Shown here: in pieces, positions 1-10,366 of the stretch
Layout of the letters: each line of letters starts with the position of its first letter
Position numbering within the stretch: position 1 is the first letter of the stretch
Origin: a virus
Direction: 5' to 3' (one strand)
DNA length: 64,000 bases
Virus record (IMG/VR): IMGVR_UViG_3300032770_000009
Span: 1-64,000 of that record
Program-made: the position numbers and the translations under genes
Notes under the pieces: generated by a model
What the model was told of the DNA's origin: nothing
Databases searched by the model: none
The model's input: the letters and a program-made list of their open reading frames with translations, nothing else

Positions 1-2724
1 ATTGCCACCGTACTTGTAGTAATCTTGCGGGCCGTTAATGAACTGAGCTAAACCGTAAGCACTTGAACTTGGATTCTGTGCTGTTAGATTCCAGCTTGCT
101 TCTCGGTTCTCTACCTTAACAAACGCATCCCACTGCTGTCCTGTAGCCCATCCGTACTTTTGTGCTATCTGCTTAGCTATAGCCGCAACTTTAGAACTTG
201 ATGTAGGTATGCTAGATGTACCTGCACCAGCAGCCGACTTAGTTACAGTATTTGGTGAGCCTGAAGATCCATTCGATGTTCTAGCACTTGAGCCTCCGTT
301 CCCTCCGCCAAGATAAGATCCCATAGCAGAGATAACATCTACCTCATTAACAGATCCGTATGCTCCACGAGACCCGTTAACTCCGCTGCTCATACCACGG
401 TTACCAACACCTGTACCGCTACCCGTTGTTCCTGATGCTGGTGTTCCTACCTGACCTGTATTACCTGCAATGAAAGAGCCCGAACCAGATGGCCGTGCAG
501 CATGTTGCCATGCATTAGGATCGTAGGAGATAATACTTACGTCTTGTCCGGTTTGCGGTGCCTGTATAAGCTGATGCCCGCTAATCATAAGACCAACATG
601 GCCAGGTGATGCTGACGTTCCGTCTGCACCAGCCATAAATACAAGATCACCCTCTTGTACTTTGTCTAACGGAACAGATCTTTTAGACAAAGCCGCCCAC
701 TGACCCTGTGAAGTACGAGGAAGATTAACTCCTGCTTGCTTGTAAGCCCACTGAACTAACGCAGAGCAATCAAAACCCACACCTGGAGTTTCTTTACCAT
801 ACGCGTATGGTACACCTTTTTGTGATTCTGCTGCGGATACAGCTTTCTTTGCTGCTGCTGACACTGATGCAGACTGAGTGTTACCACCCGTTTTCTGCTG
901 GCTTGTGGCCATTGACGCACCAGTAGCACCCGGATTAGTTACAGCCGGATTAGTCACATCATTCCACAAACTTTTTATAGCTCCCTCTATTGAAAAGCCC
1001 TGCGGTAAAGTGACAACACCTTTGTTCAATGTTTTAGATACTGGATTGGAGCCTGTGTTAGCTTGCGAGCTAAGATACTTGAGATATGCTGCTGATCCAC
1101 CTATTCCAGGTAAGCCTCTTCTCCCTAATGTATTGTTAAGTTGTGTGGTTAGTTTACCTCCAACTAAACCTCCGCCTAATATCAGAGCTAGCGGACCTAA
1201 TGCTCCTAATGCCCCGCTTCCTGATGCTAAACCACCCAAACCAGAAGCAGCGGCGTCTGCTGTCAGTTCACTTTCACCCGCTGTCGCAATGCCATTTGCC
1301 GCGCTTCTTGACATAAGTTTATTCAGCATCATATAAGATCCTGCTGTGCCAAGCATGTTAGTGCCAGATCCTAATGCTGATCCTGCGAAAGTACCAAGAG
1401 CACCGCCGCCGTAACCAAGTGCTGTACCCAACGGGCCGTTAAGTATTTTGTTAAGAGCGTTATTAAAATCTTCAAGTAGACCCGCTGCCTGCTGTAAACC
1501 TGTATTGAATCCACCAGCTACTTCACCAGCACGACCTGTTTGTGACGCTTGATTCTGTACTAGCGATGCCAAATCATTGTTAGCTGTTGATATTCCGTAC
1601 TTAGACAACTGCGCTCTAGCTGATTTCATCTGAGAAGCAGAACCAGATGCGGCTTGAGTCATAAGATTGCTAGCTTGTGTAGCTGAAAGTTTGCTGTTAT
1701 TTATCAACTGAGCATAGTCTGTCAGATACTGCTGCATAGCCGTCTGGGAAATATTCGTACCTTGAAGCAGGTAAGGAAGGGAAACCGCTGCTTTGCCGCC
1801 TGATGCGAATGCTGCTGTTACTTGCTGTGATGTAGCACCTTTAAGACCAAGACCCGAAAGAATAGCCTGTGCAGACTGACCGGCATTCATGTTAACGCCA
1901 CCGGGGCTATGTGACAGTATAGTGCCGCCGTATCCCAGTCTCTGCATGTTGTAAGACAGCATTGGCGAGTACAGTCCAGCACCCATAGAAGCAGCAGATG
2001 CCGCTGTAAGATTAGGATTTGAAATACCGAAACCGTATGCGGCTGAGAGTGCTCCTCTGCCTCTAGCTGACTGTGATATATTCTGTGACCCTGCTGCTGA
2101 CTGAAGGGTTTGCGCGAACTGAAGGTTATCTTGCAAACTTCCAGTACCAATAGAAAGCTGTCTGCCGGGTGTTGCTCCAGCTTGACCATACAATTGCTGC
2201 ATGGCTTGGTTCTGACTCATGCCGTTATAGTTATAACCTATAAGTGACTGAGTAGCATACGAATTCAAGGCTACTAGCTGCTGTGACTGCTGTGCTCCGT
2301 AACCCGCTACAGCACCAACCATAGCGAGAGCACCAGAAGAGAATCCGCCGTTGCCAGAATACAGTGACCTGTTAGACATGTAGCCGCCTGATGACATACC
2401 AGACATATTGCTACCGTAACCGCCATTACCTCCAGCAGTTTGCGATCCTAACCTAGTAGGGTTAACTATTCTAGGGAATCCCGCATTGGAGTTAGCGGGG
2501 CCTTGCTGTCTTGTAGCAGTGCCCCCGCCCATGCTTCCGCCGTTGGTCTGTATATTCTGAACTAGATTGTTCACAGCCGTAGTAAGACCCTGAACTGACG
2601 TGTTCAGAGTATCTATGCCTTGCTGAAGTACGTTTGTTCCTAACGTACCCAAAGCCCCGGATTGCAGGCTACCAGTCGTGTTCCCGGTATTATTCATACC
2701 AGTCGGCTGTGTAGGAGTTGTCAT
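1..2724 (-). CDS. Tape measure / tail lysin with NlpC/P60 peptidase and C-terminal lytic transglycosylase-like domain (runs off the window edge)
   Basis: Absent from the ORF track because it has no stop in the window. Manual translation from ATG 2724 (MTTPTQPTG...) is Ala/Gly/Ser-rich and contains GVPYAYGKETPGVGFDCSALVQWAY...GDLVF...GHVG (NlpC/P60) and NREASWNLTAQNPSSSAYGLAQF (SLT-like). Lies downstream of tube and chaperone genes. Confidence 0.85.
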   Translation of the reverse strand, partial: MTTPTQPTGMNNTGNTTGSLQSGALGTLGTNVLQQGIDTLNTSVQGLTTAVNNLVQNIQTNGGSMGGGTATRQQGPANSNAGFPRIVNPTRLGSQTAGGNGGYGSNMSGMSSGGYMSNRSLYSGNGGFSSGALAMVGAVAGYGAQQSQQLVALNSYATQSLIGYNYNGMSQNQAMQQLYGQAGATPGRQLSIGTGSLQDNLQFAQTLQSAAGSQNISQSARGRGALSAAYGFGISNPNLTAASAASMGAGLYSPMLSYNMQRLGYGGTILSHSPGGVNMNAGQSAQAILSGLGLKGATSQQVTAAFASGGKAAVSLPYLLQGTNISQTAMQQYLTDYAQLINNSKLSATQASNLMTQAASGSASQMKSARAQLSKYGISTANNDLASLVQNQASQTGRAGEVAGGFNTGLQQAAGLLEDFNNALNKILNGPLGTALGYGGGALGTFAGSALGSGTNMLGTAGSYMMLNKLMSRSAANGIATAGESELTADAAASGLGGLASGSGALGALGPLALILGGGLVGGKLTTQLNNTLGRRGLPGIGGSAAYLKYLSSQANTGSNPVSKTLNKGVVTLPQGFSIEGAIKSLWNDVTNPAVTNPGATGASMATSQQKTGGNTQSASVSAAAKKAVSAAESQKGVPYAYGKETPGVGFDCSALVQWAYKQAGVNLPRTSQGQWAALSKRSVPLDKVQEGDLVFMAGADGTSASPGHVGLMISGHQLIQAPQTGQDVSIISYDPNAWQHAARPSGSGSFIAGNTGQVGTPASGTTGSGTGVGNRGMSSGVNGSRGAYGSVNEVDVISAMGSYLGGGNGGSSARTSNGSSGSPNTVTKSAAGAGTSSIPTSSSKVAAIAKQIAQKYGWATGQQWDAFVKVENREASWNLTAQNPSSSAYGLAQFINGPQDYYKYGGN

Positions 2725-2855
2725 TAACGTTTCCTGTTATCTATCTTGTGTTTGACTCTGTTGAACCAGTGCCGTCTTTCTCTGACGGTCATTCTCTTAA
2801 CATCTTGCAGCCGCCAGTTATAAAAATCAACTAGCTGTTCTACTTCATAGTACAT
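2724..2855 (-). CDS. Small tail/baseplate assembly protein (T4 gp51-like or GT-type chaperone extension)
   Basis: Manual ORF MYYEVEQLVDFYNWRLQDVKRMTVRERRHWFNRVKHKIDNRKR. Its TAA overlaps the tape-measure ATG (TAATG). Confidence 0.6.
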   Translation of the reverse strand: MYYEVEQLVDFYNWRLQDVKRMTVRERRHWFNRVKHKIDNRKR

Positions 2856-2874
2856 GCGATAGTAATTTATACCG

Positions 2875-3798
2875 TTAGATCCATCCGAAGTCGAGAAACA
2901 GATCGCCGATGGATACCGTCACACTCTGTTCCTTACTGCAACTATCACAGTTAAATTTAATCTGATCATACTTAGGGCCTGGTTGTCTCTTGCCAAGCTC
3001 TGTCAAGATGGCATGCCGATCTGGTATAGACATACTTCTTGACATAGAAGGAAACGCAGCCATAAGCATTTCTTTACCGTTCTTATCTGTAATAGAAACT
3101 ACACAGCGTGCTATCAGAATTGTCTCTCTTTGAGCTTGAGTAAGATCTGACTTTTCAAATACTGCTAACTGGTCTTCGCCATTAGCAAGTCTTACCTTAG
3201 CATGCCCGCCTTTTCTAAGGCTCACAGTGAATTCAGCGTCAGAAGGATCGTTAAGTTTGACAGAAGGAATGTCATCGATAGTAAAGCTTAGATCTGCTTC
3301 GTTATCGCAATTAGGACAAGACCATTTAGAGATCTTAATTTCATCTCCGTATGTGGCCCTTCGTATACCAAGAATAATTGCTTCTCTGTCACCAATTAGC
3401 ATCTGAGCCAGTAGTCTTTCATCCTTGGAGTCACCAATTCTTGTCACACCGCATCTTAACAGTCTGTCAAGAAACGTGAAAGGGTTAGATGACTGAGATG
3501 CTTTAGCAAGCGATTCTTCGTCCTCGCCAGTCAGCTCTCTTACTTCAACGGTCTTTATAACGCCGTCCTTCCTGGCTAAACCACCAGGAAGGACTACGAT
3601 ATCACCGTCAGGAAATTTTATTTCCGGTGCGTTAGTAGCTGCTGTTTCGCTGAGAAGCTTTTCTATAACCGCGTTGGCCTGCTCTGGATTTTCCTTCGGG
3701 TCGATCCAGCTTTGATTATCTTTGATATCATCCGCAGTTGGTACATTCACTATTACAGGTGTTCTGCTATTTCTTATAGTTCTTGAGTTAGTTGGCAT
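2875..3798 (-). CDS. Baseplate hub assembly / tail assembly chaperone (T4 gp26-like)
   Basis: VRELTGEDEE motif and two CxxC pairs; located between tube and tape measure. Confidence 0.65.
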   Translation of the reverse strand: MPTNSRTIRNSRTPVIVNVPTADDIKDNQSWIDPKENPEQANAVIEKLLSETAATNAPEIKFPDGDIVVLPGGLARKDGVIKTVEVRELTGEDEESLAKASQSSNPFTFLDRLLRCGVTRIGDSKDERLLAQMLIGDREAIILGIRRATYGDEIKISKWSCPNCDNEADLSFTIDDIPSVKLNDPSDAEFTVSLRKGGHAKVRLANGEDQLAVFEKSDLTQAQRETILIARCVVSITDKNGKEMLMAAFPSMSRSMSIPDRHAILTELGKRQPGPKYDQIKFNCDSCSKEQSVTVSIGDLFLDFGWI

Positions 3799-3822
3799 GT
3801 TATACTCCTTATAATTTAATTG

Positions 3823-4410
3823 TTAGCCTGATGTCTGAGCACCACTGGTAAGATCTGGAGCGTCTGAAGCACCAATCTGAGATGCTAGAGAGAACTGGAA
3901 ACCCTCATGTGCTAGTACAAGTTGTGAAATAAATAACTGATTAGCACCCGCATCTAAATCTGACCACGCGATAGATGTTGGCCATGCATTATAGATAAGG
4001 AATTCAGCTTTGACCGCTACTGATGCTGCGGTTACAGGATGATCCAGAATCTGTATTAAAACAGACCAGCGGAAATCTTGTCCGTCTGTTGAATTACCTG
4101 TACCTTGAGCTACAGTAAATAACTGGCTAACCCAGTCGTAGTCAAAAGTTCCGTTATTAATAAGGGCTACACCACGTGATAGTGTAATAGGAGAGAAGTC
4201 CGCTTGACCAGGTAGCTTCTGTGTTGTGGTGTTATAGCCACCCTCCCTATATGCGATAACGTCAATTGTAAGGTTAAGACCTGAAACTGACATGAAGCCC
4301 ATAGGAATAGCCGCTTTGCCGCTTCCCGGTAAGAATGTAACCAAGAACTTGAAGTTTCTCAGCGGATCTGTAGCAAGGTGAGCTATAGATGAATTCTGTG
4401 TAACTGGCAT
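3823..4410 (-). CDS. Tail tube protein (T4 gp19-like)
   Basis: DPLRNFKFLV...YREGG...KLPG...ITLSRG...NAWP...SDLDA signature; follows the sheath gene. Confidence 0.9.
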   Translation of the reverse strand: MPVTQNSSIAHLATDPLRNFKFLVTFLPGSGKAAIPMGFMSVSGLNLTIDVIAYREGGYNTTTQKLPGQADFSPITLSRGVALINNGTFDYDWVSQLFTVAQGTGNSTDGQDFRWSVLIQILDHPVTAASVAVKAEFLIYNAWPTSIAWSDLDAGANQLFISQLVLAHEGFQFSLASQIGASDAPDLTSGAQTSG

Positions 4411-4412
4411 CT

Positions 4413-5966
4413 TTATTGTCCTGTAGAGGTTGTGATTGTAGTAGTCCCTGTATTTTGAAACTGGCTAACATTGATAAGAATAAACTCAGCAGGTGAGCTG
4501 ATAGCTACTGCTACTGTTGCGTTAACAATACCTGCTGCTGCTGTAGCGGGGGGGTTGTTAGATGCGTTACATGTAACACTAAATGAGTTAGCCTGGTTAG
4601 TACCACCCAGAGCGCCTTGCTGTAGAAGACCTGTCAGGTAATTATTCAGTGTATTTGTTATCCATGCCCACAGTGTAGGATTATTAGGTTCAAATAGTGC
4701 TGGCTGTAGAAGATAAGTAAAGTCGTGTTCTAGTTTAATAAGCATACGACGAACAGCTACATATCTGTCAGGGTAACCTTGACCTAAAGTACGAGCACCC
4801 ATGATAGCCGGGAAATAATTAGGCACAAGACGAATAGCGTTAATATTAGCGTTGTTCAGATTAGCAAGATCGGTAGAAGTAAACTGAGCTTCTACGTTGC
4901 TAAGTGCTATCTGACCAAATGCAACACCAGCAGGTGACTGCCATGGACCTTTCTTATTGTCTGTGCGTGACCATATACCAAGTACAGCGCCACCCGGTGG
5001 AACCCATATAGAAGAACCCGGAATGGCTGATGCCGGATCTGGAATCTGAATCCACGGCGCATACAGTGTAGCGTAAGAAGATGCGAGGAAAGGTGAACCT
5101 CCTGTTACCAGATTAGTATAGTTAGTTACCACCTGTGCTGATGTTTCATTAGGAGTAGGAGAAGGACCATCTACGATGATCATTGTATCTCCACGACCTT
5201 CAGCCCAGTCAATTAGTGCATTGATATCTGTGGCATCATATACACCAGGAATATTAACATTAAGAATCTGTCCTTGAAGCATGTCAAATGCCGCTGGAAC
5301 TGCTGTTGACATAGCAGGAGTAGTAACACCGTTTCCTCCGCCTGCTAATGCTGTAGGTGCAAACAATGCAGGATTATATGTACTTGTGTAAGCACCAGGC
5401 AGAGTAATAGCTACTGTAGTATATGAGCTACCGTATGTAGGAGAGTTAACAATAGAACCAACATACCTAGAATCAGCAGGATTGATTGACAAGTCAAGAA
5501 ATGTTTCAACTAAGTTAGCGTTAGCCGATCCGCCGTAGTATACCTGATAATTGAATCTTCCTGCCGCACCAGCAGTTGTCAATGCTACATAAACTTGATT
5601 ACCCCAAGTACCGGGTGATGCCGCTTTTATAGTCATGACGTTATCTGTTGGGCTGTTAGTATCAACGCAAACTAAAGTTGCTGAAGTAGCATCAGTATTT
5701 GGAACAGCTAGTACATATAGCTGTGAACCGCCGTTGTTAAAGAATTGGTACACAGCATAGTGCAGAGATGTACTTCCGATTATCTGCGAGAATGTACCAT
5801 ATTTCTGAGTGAACTGACTCCATGAAGATATCAGTGTAGGAACGTTAGGACCACGGTTATAGTTAGCCGCGATAGCACCTACTGCCTCTCCTGGGGTAGT
5901 GTTATTCTGAATTGGAAGAAGGGTTTCTGTTATGTAGATGCCCGGACTTCCTTGTGATGATGTCAT
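4413..5966 (-). CDS. Contractile tail sheath protein
   Basis: SPGIYITE N-terminus, PWQSPAG, GARTL, YVAVRR, LFEPN, PAEFI motifs. Confidence 0.93.
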   Translation of the reverse strand: MTSSQGSPGIYITETLLPIQNNTTPGEAVGAIAANYNRGPNVPTLISSWSQFTQKYGTFSQIIGSTSLHYAVYQFFNNGGSQLYVLAVPNTDATSATLVCVDTNSPTDNVMTIKAASPGTWGNQVYVALTTAGAAGRFNYQVYYGGSANANLVETFLDLSINPADSRYVGSIVNSPTYGSSYTTVAITLPGAYTSTYNPALFAPTALAGGGNGVTTPAMSTAVPAAFDMLQGQILNVNIPGVYDATDINALIDWAEGRGDTMIIVDGPSPTPNETSAQVVTNYTNLVTGGSPFLASSYATLYAPWIQIPDPASAIPGSSIWVPPGGAVLGIWSRTDNKKGPWQSPAGVAFGQIALSNVEAQFTSTDLANLNNANINAIRLVPNYFPAIMGARTLGQGYPDRYVAVRRMLIKLEHDFTYLLQPALFEPNNPTLWAWITNTLNNYLTGLLQQGALGGTNQANSFSVTCNASNNPPATAAAGIVNATVAVAISSPAEFILINVSQFQNTGTTTITTSTGQ

Positions 5967-5978
5967 AATGTCTCCGCT

Positions 5979-6707
5979 TTAATAGAGAGAGTTAACGTTC
6001 CAAGCAGTCTGAGTACCAACGGACAGCAATCCTACAGATTCGGATAATTCTTCTGTTGTCAGATCTTGGATATTTGCGTATAGATTTACATCTAGATTTA
6101 TTTGTTTTGCTGGACCATAAGTATAAATCTGATTTAGAAGCTCAGAGAATACTCTCACCTTGTACTTCACTGAGAAGTATCTCTTGTTGTTCTCATCGTA
6201 TCCGTCCATAGGAGAAGGACCGCCAAGAAGTTGAAGAGTGCGAATAGTACCATCTTGAGGAACATCTAGATAGCCAAATTTAGGGTGAAGCCTGTTATGC
6301 TGAGCCAACTGCTGAACTAATGGCATTGTGTGGTCAGTCATGAACCTAGTATAGACAGTAACATAGTAATCTAAGTTGTGAGGAATGGGAAAGTATGACC
6401 AGTAAGGCGAATCAGCAGGACTGAAATTAGTGGTAGCAGGGCCGGTGTCGTTCCACCATTTATTGTAACCTTCTGGTGCATAAGGTAGCTGAACAAACCC
6501 TCTGTGCTCACGTTCCGGTGCCGGATACCAGCCATCATGTTCTATTATGATGATTGGAAAGGTGAGATCAGCTACTTCTGTTTCAGGTAATCGGAAACGT
6601 ACCGGAACCGTGCGGCCTTCACTACCCGAATTAGCATCATAAACTTTTATACCCTGGAGCTTAAATTTTAAAGCAGCTCAAGCATCCTCGTTAAATAACC
6701 AGGACAT
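5979..6707 (-). CDS. Putative tail terminator/completion protein with an in-frame TGA at codon 10
   Basis: Frame is open from 6677 to 5979. ATG 6707 is coupled (TAATG) to the upstream gene and reads MSWLFNEDA*AALKFKLQG...VPVRFRLPE. The ORF track shows only the last 120 aa. Confidence 0.65.
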
Positions 6708-7186
6708 TAAGCATCACCTGTCTTTCCGTGGAGCCGTAGGTAAGCAGCGGCTAAATCTAGGATATTTGGGTTGTCCTTAAACATACCTAATCCTTGATTA
6801 CATCCGTTACAAAGTAACGCTCGCACTTTTCCGGTCTCATGGTCATGATCCACGACAAGAGTGGCGCTGAACAGTCCATTTTCGATTGGGCTGGTTTTAC
6901 AAATAGCGCATGTTCCTTCTTGTAGCTCAAGCATGAATTTGTATTCTTCTATTGTTAAGCCATATTTAGCTAGTGATCTTTTTCTTTCGTACAATCTTAG
7001 TGACTCAGCATATTCTACGTCCTGCTCTTTCCTTAGTGTACGACGATTCATAGACTGCTTAGACTCACATTTTCTGCACAAGCCTGATCGATAAGAATTT
7101 CTTCTTTTAGTAGCCTTATGTAGTCTAAAAGAGTCAATAGGTAACAGTTCTTTACAATCTTTACACTCTTTGAACTCTTTTTCCAA
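6707..7186 (-). CDS. Endonuclease VII-like (His-Me finger) free-standing homing endonuclease
   Basis: N-terminal CxxC...CxxC, KYGLT, CAIC, LVVDHDHETGKVRALLCNGCNQGLG. Confidence 0.88.
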   Translation of the reverse strand: MEKEFKECKDCKELLPIDSFRLHKATKRRNSYRSGLCRKCESKQSMNRRTLRKEQDVEYAESLRLYERKRSLAKYGLTIEEYKFMLELQEGTCAICKTSPIENGLFSATLVVDHDHETGKVRALLCNGCNQGLGMFKDNPNILDLAAAYLRLHGKTGDA

Positions 7187-7276
7187 CTGGTTTCCTTCCT
7201 AAAATAGCGAAAGCCCACAGGACTATGCGGGCATGACAAAATAGAACTGGCGTTCTCAGTATTGTCATTATAAAGC

Positions 7277-7313
7277 AAAGTCCTGTAACATTTCGCATGA
7301 ATGTTACAGGACT
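7277..7313 (-). terminator. Strong hairpin, probable intrinsic terminator
   Basis: Inverted repeat agtcctgtaacatt / aatgttacaggact followed by a T-rich tract on the minus strand. Confidence 0.6.
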
Positions 7314-7330
7314 ATGATATCACAAGTATG

Positions 7331-8812
7331 TTAGGTCCATGTGCCGTTACCGGAGAAATCTACTGGGAATGTGAAGTTAATGAATACCGGAGCACTAGTT
7401 ATACCAGATGGAGCATAAGTAAATGACACATGGCCGTTAGTTTGTACTTGTACAGTAAAAGCCTGAGTTGAATTAGCGTAAGCCACTTGCTGGTACACAG
7501 GGTGGGTAGGATGATATGGCAGAGTAGTTATAGTTCCAGTTTGATTAGATCCATTGACATTAATATAACCCATTAATGTTACAGTGCCATCTTGTGCGAG
7601 TTTATACTGAAGGGGATAGCCGCCAGATGCGTTAGACCATCCTGAGTTAAGTGAACATTCAATCCACTCATCGTAAGGTATGGTGTTGCTGACAGAAGTT
7701 GCTATTCCTAAACCGTCACCCCATGAATTTCCCGCTACTACAGTGTTATTCCAGGTAGCTAAATTAGTGTACAAAGGCCCGTTAACAGCTGGAACACTAA
7801 AGGTATTTCCTGTAACTATTACAACTGTAGGAGTAATTGAACTTGAATTGGCGATGTCAGAACCAATTAAACATCCATATGTACCATATGTATTTCCACC
7901 AGATAGCAAAGTAGCATTATTATTATTTGCAGTAATAACATAGCATTGCTGATTATTGTACAGAGTAGCATTTAATCCAGCAGGACTATTACTAGAGCCG
8001 CTGTAGTTTACAAGTATAGCTGAGTTAGATGGCGCTGACGAGTTGCTTTGTACACCACCGAAAATACAGTTAGACGCTGTGCCACCAGCCACTCCATTAA
8101 ACTCTATCGCATGGCTGTTACCAAACGGAGCATAGAAACTAACATTGTCAACTACATGACCGCTACCTTGGAATAATTCAATGAGAGTACAAGATGTGCT
8201 AACAGTAAACGACCCCACAGCATCTAGTTTTCCTCCTGTTATTTTAACATTATTAGCAGGAGTTGATGTACTAGTTAACTGAATATTAGTAAAAATATAC
8301 GGAGCATTAGGTGAACCGGGAATACGTTGTATAGTAGTCCCTCTTGACATAAGCACCCATGTATTAGAGCCAATGTAAACGGGGTTAGCTATTGAAAATA
8401 TTCCCGGTCCTATGTAAACAATACCTCCGCCAAGACCAGATACGTAATTCATCGCTGATTGCAGTGCTGACGACTGGTCAGTGTTAGTACCGGAAGTTAC
8501 ACCGAACATAGACACAGCATCTACTACTGCTGAATATATGCCGCCTATAGCAGCAGAAGCAGTTATAAGTGCAGGAGGAATAGTTCCTGAGCCATTAAGT
8601 TTAACAAGACCGTTTGCTGTGTTAAGCCCTGTAGTAAAAGGAGACACAAGTGTCTGAGCATAAGCACGATCGCCATGAGGATCAGTAGGTGAGTTAGCCG
8701 CATGGTTTTGCAAAGTAGTTTGAGTAGAAGTAGCCTGCGCTGACAGAGAAGTCAGATATGTATTAAGGATGTCTCCCCACGCAGTCTGACCGTCATAAGG
8801 TAGTGATGCCAT
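7331..8812 (-). CDS. Virion protein with right-handed beta-helix (tailspike/fibre-like)
   Basis: DQSSALQSA...GGGIVYIGPGIF pectate-lyase-3-like entry, Asn/Ser/Thr-rich repeats, fibre-type C-terminus (LNSGW). Confidence 0.65.
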   Translation of the reverse strand: MASLPYDGQTAWGDILNTYLTSLSAQATSTQTTLQNHAANSPTDPHGDRAYAQTLVSPFTTGLNTANGLVKLNGSGTIPPALITASAAIGGIYSAVVDAVSMFGVTSGTNTDQSSALQSAMNYVSGLGGGIVYIGPGIFSIANPVYIGSNTWVLMSRGTTIQRIPGSPNAPYIFTNIQLTSTSTPANNVKITGGKLDAVGSFTVSTSCTLIELFQGSGHVVDNVSFYAPFGNSHAIEFNGVAGGTASNCIFGGVQSNSSAPSNSAILVNYSGSSNSPAGLNATLYNNQQCYVITANNNNATLLSGGNTYGTYGCLIGSDIANSSSITPTVVIVTGNTFSVPAVNGPLYTNLATWNNTVVAGNSWGDGLGIATSVSNTIPYDEWIECSLNSGWSNASGGYPLQYKLAQDGTVTLMGYINVNGSNQTGTITTLPYHPTHPVYQQVAYANSTQAFTVQVQTNGHVSFTYAPSGITSAPVFINFTFPVDFSGNGTWT

Positions 8813-8819
8813 CTAAATC

Positions 8820-9353
8820 CTATGGTGTAGTTTGAAGTATAACGGGTTGTGACCAAGGAGCATACTGAGTATCGTCAACTAACTCATCTGGCTTAAGCTG
8901 AGTAGCTTCTATACGTATCATAGTTGGACGCTCTTGAATTTTACCGGACGGATTCATAGATAAAACTCTGAATACCTTCTGATTGTAATATATTCTGTCC
9001 TTAAGGTAATTCCCTTGAAGCACGTCTGCATAGTCCATGCCGGTCTTAGTAAACTGATCGAAAGCGCATATTGTAACTAAAGTGTCATTGAAATAGAAAC
9101 CCATGTCTGTATTCTGATTTTCTCCAGCTATGATTGTGGCGTGAAGAACAGGTATACGGACACGTGCATCATACTGACGACCCGGTGATACGGCTTCATC
9201 ATAGATGTTATCTATGACAGTAGCTGGTGCGTTAAACCTGTAGTAGTCAATCCAGTCCCCAGATGTTTGCCGCCAGCCCTCCATGGCAACATAGATTTGG
9301 TCTGTTTCTACATCAGCCGACCATCTGCCTCTTTTAAAATCCAGTCTGGACAT
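8820..9353 (-). CDS. Putative head-closure / head-tail connector protein
   Basis: Position between head and tail genes; DRIYYNQKVFRV beta-rich motif. Confidence 0.5.
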   Translation of the reverse strand: MSRLDFKRGRWSADVETDQIYVAMEGWRQTSGDWIDYYRFNAPATVIDNIYDEAVSPGRQYDARVRIPVLHATIIAGENQNTDMGFYFNDTLVTICAFDQFTKTGMDYADVLQGNYLKDRIYYNQKVFRVLSMNPSGKIQERPTMIRIEATQLKPDELVDDTQYAPWSQPVILQTTP

Positions 9354-9543
9354 TGGGTACCGCCTGATTTATATGGGCTTTGATATGTTCTGTTTGCTTG
9401 TGGTTCTGCTTCTTTGTACGGACTGCGTGGATAACTTGACTTGGCCATTCCCATATCATGTTCGCTATCAAGTTACCCACTACAATACCGCCCGGCCAGT
9501 AGAATAATTCCCATCCAACATGACCAGCTAAATCCCAGTTCAT
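9334..9543 (-). CDS. Small membrane protein
   Basis: ATG overlaps the upstream stop; one hydrophobic segment. Confidence 0.4.
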   Translation of the reverse strand: MNWDLAGHVGWELFYWPGGIVVGNLIANMIWEWPSQVIHAVRTKKQNHKQTEHIKAHINQAVPNVQTGF

Positions 9544-10358
9544 TACCAAGTCCCCTGCGAATTCCAAAGCGGTGAAGGTATGCCGCTATTGTCTATGTCA
9601 TTATTGTCGATCTGAGGTAGTTCGCGTACAGGCCATCTAACGTCATCGTATTCTCTGTCTTCGAATACCGGGACATACCGACCAGTAGTGTAAGAGACAC
9701 GGCGAAGTTTACGAGTAACAGTACGAAAAGCACCAACGTTAAGCTGACCACAGTATTGTTCATATCTAAGCTGCAACTCCTGTATATGTCCTATAAGCTG
9801 ACGGTACCTGCCCAGACGATCTACGTTTGTGCCCTCTGCGGTAACAATGTCTGTATCCGTAGCAGCATCATTAGCTAATGTCCATAATGTATTTATAGTA
9901 CACAGCATTATAAGAAGAGGTTCCTCTATGATTGGCAAATTAGCTAAAATCATAGGAGTTTCACGATAAGAAATGAATCCTCTGTAAGTGCGCTGTCTTT
10001 CCTTAACCGTTCTACCGTAACAGTGCTGATGCACCGAATCGTCAATGAATTTCTTTAGTTCGCGGTCAGTAAACAAACCCCAAGCTTGCCCTGACACAGT
10101 AATAGTAGCTCCGAAAGGCACTACGTTAACTAGCGATAGAAATCCCTGATGATCATTTATAAAATAGTCTACGTTTCTTTGCAAAGTAGTCACTGTAGAG
10201 TTATTAGTAATAGTAATTACTAAATTATCACAGTCTATATTCTGCTTAGGCAAATCGTAGTCGGTAGTCATACCGTCACCAAGATAATTGGATTTGAACG
10301 GCATGGGAGGGTCGCCAATCTCCATACGTAGTCGTCTAATTGCTTCGTCTGTATGCAT
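9543..10358 (-). CDS. Putative head-tail adaptor (neck) protein
   Basis: IRRLRMEIGD N-terminus and FTDREL motif typical of adaptor proteins; position. Confidence 0.55.
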   Translation of the reverse strand: MHTDEAIRRLRMEIGDPPMPFKSNYLGDGMTTDYDLPKQNIDCDNLVITITNNSTVTTLQRNVDYFINDHQGFLSLVNVVPFGATITVSGQAWGLFTDRELKKFIDDSVHQHCYGRTVKERQRTYRGFISYRETPMILANLPIIEEPLLIMLCTINTLWTLANDAATDTDIVTAEGTNVDRLGRYRQLIGHIQELQLRYEQYCGQLNVGAFRTVTRKLRRVSYTTGRYVPVFEDREYDDVRWPVRELPQIDNNDIDNSGIPSPLWNSQGTW

Positions 10359-10366
10359 GTGCTGCC

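Noticed and set aside
878-2189. ORF-track entries 878-1336 (+) and 1887-2189 (-)
   Set aside because: Shadow ORFs of the long tape-measure frame.
6707-7330. Group I intron around the endonuclease VII gene
   Set aside because: Flanking genes are not interrupted at its borders and no intron core was recognisable; treated as free-standing.
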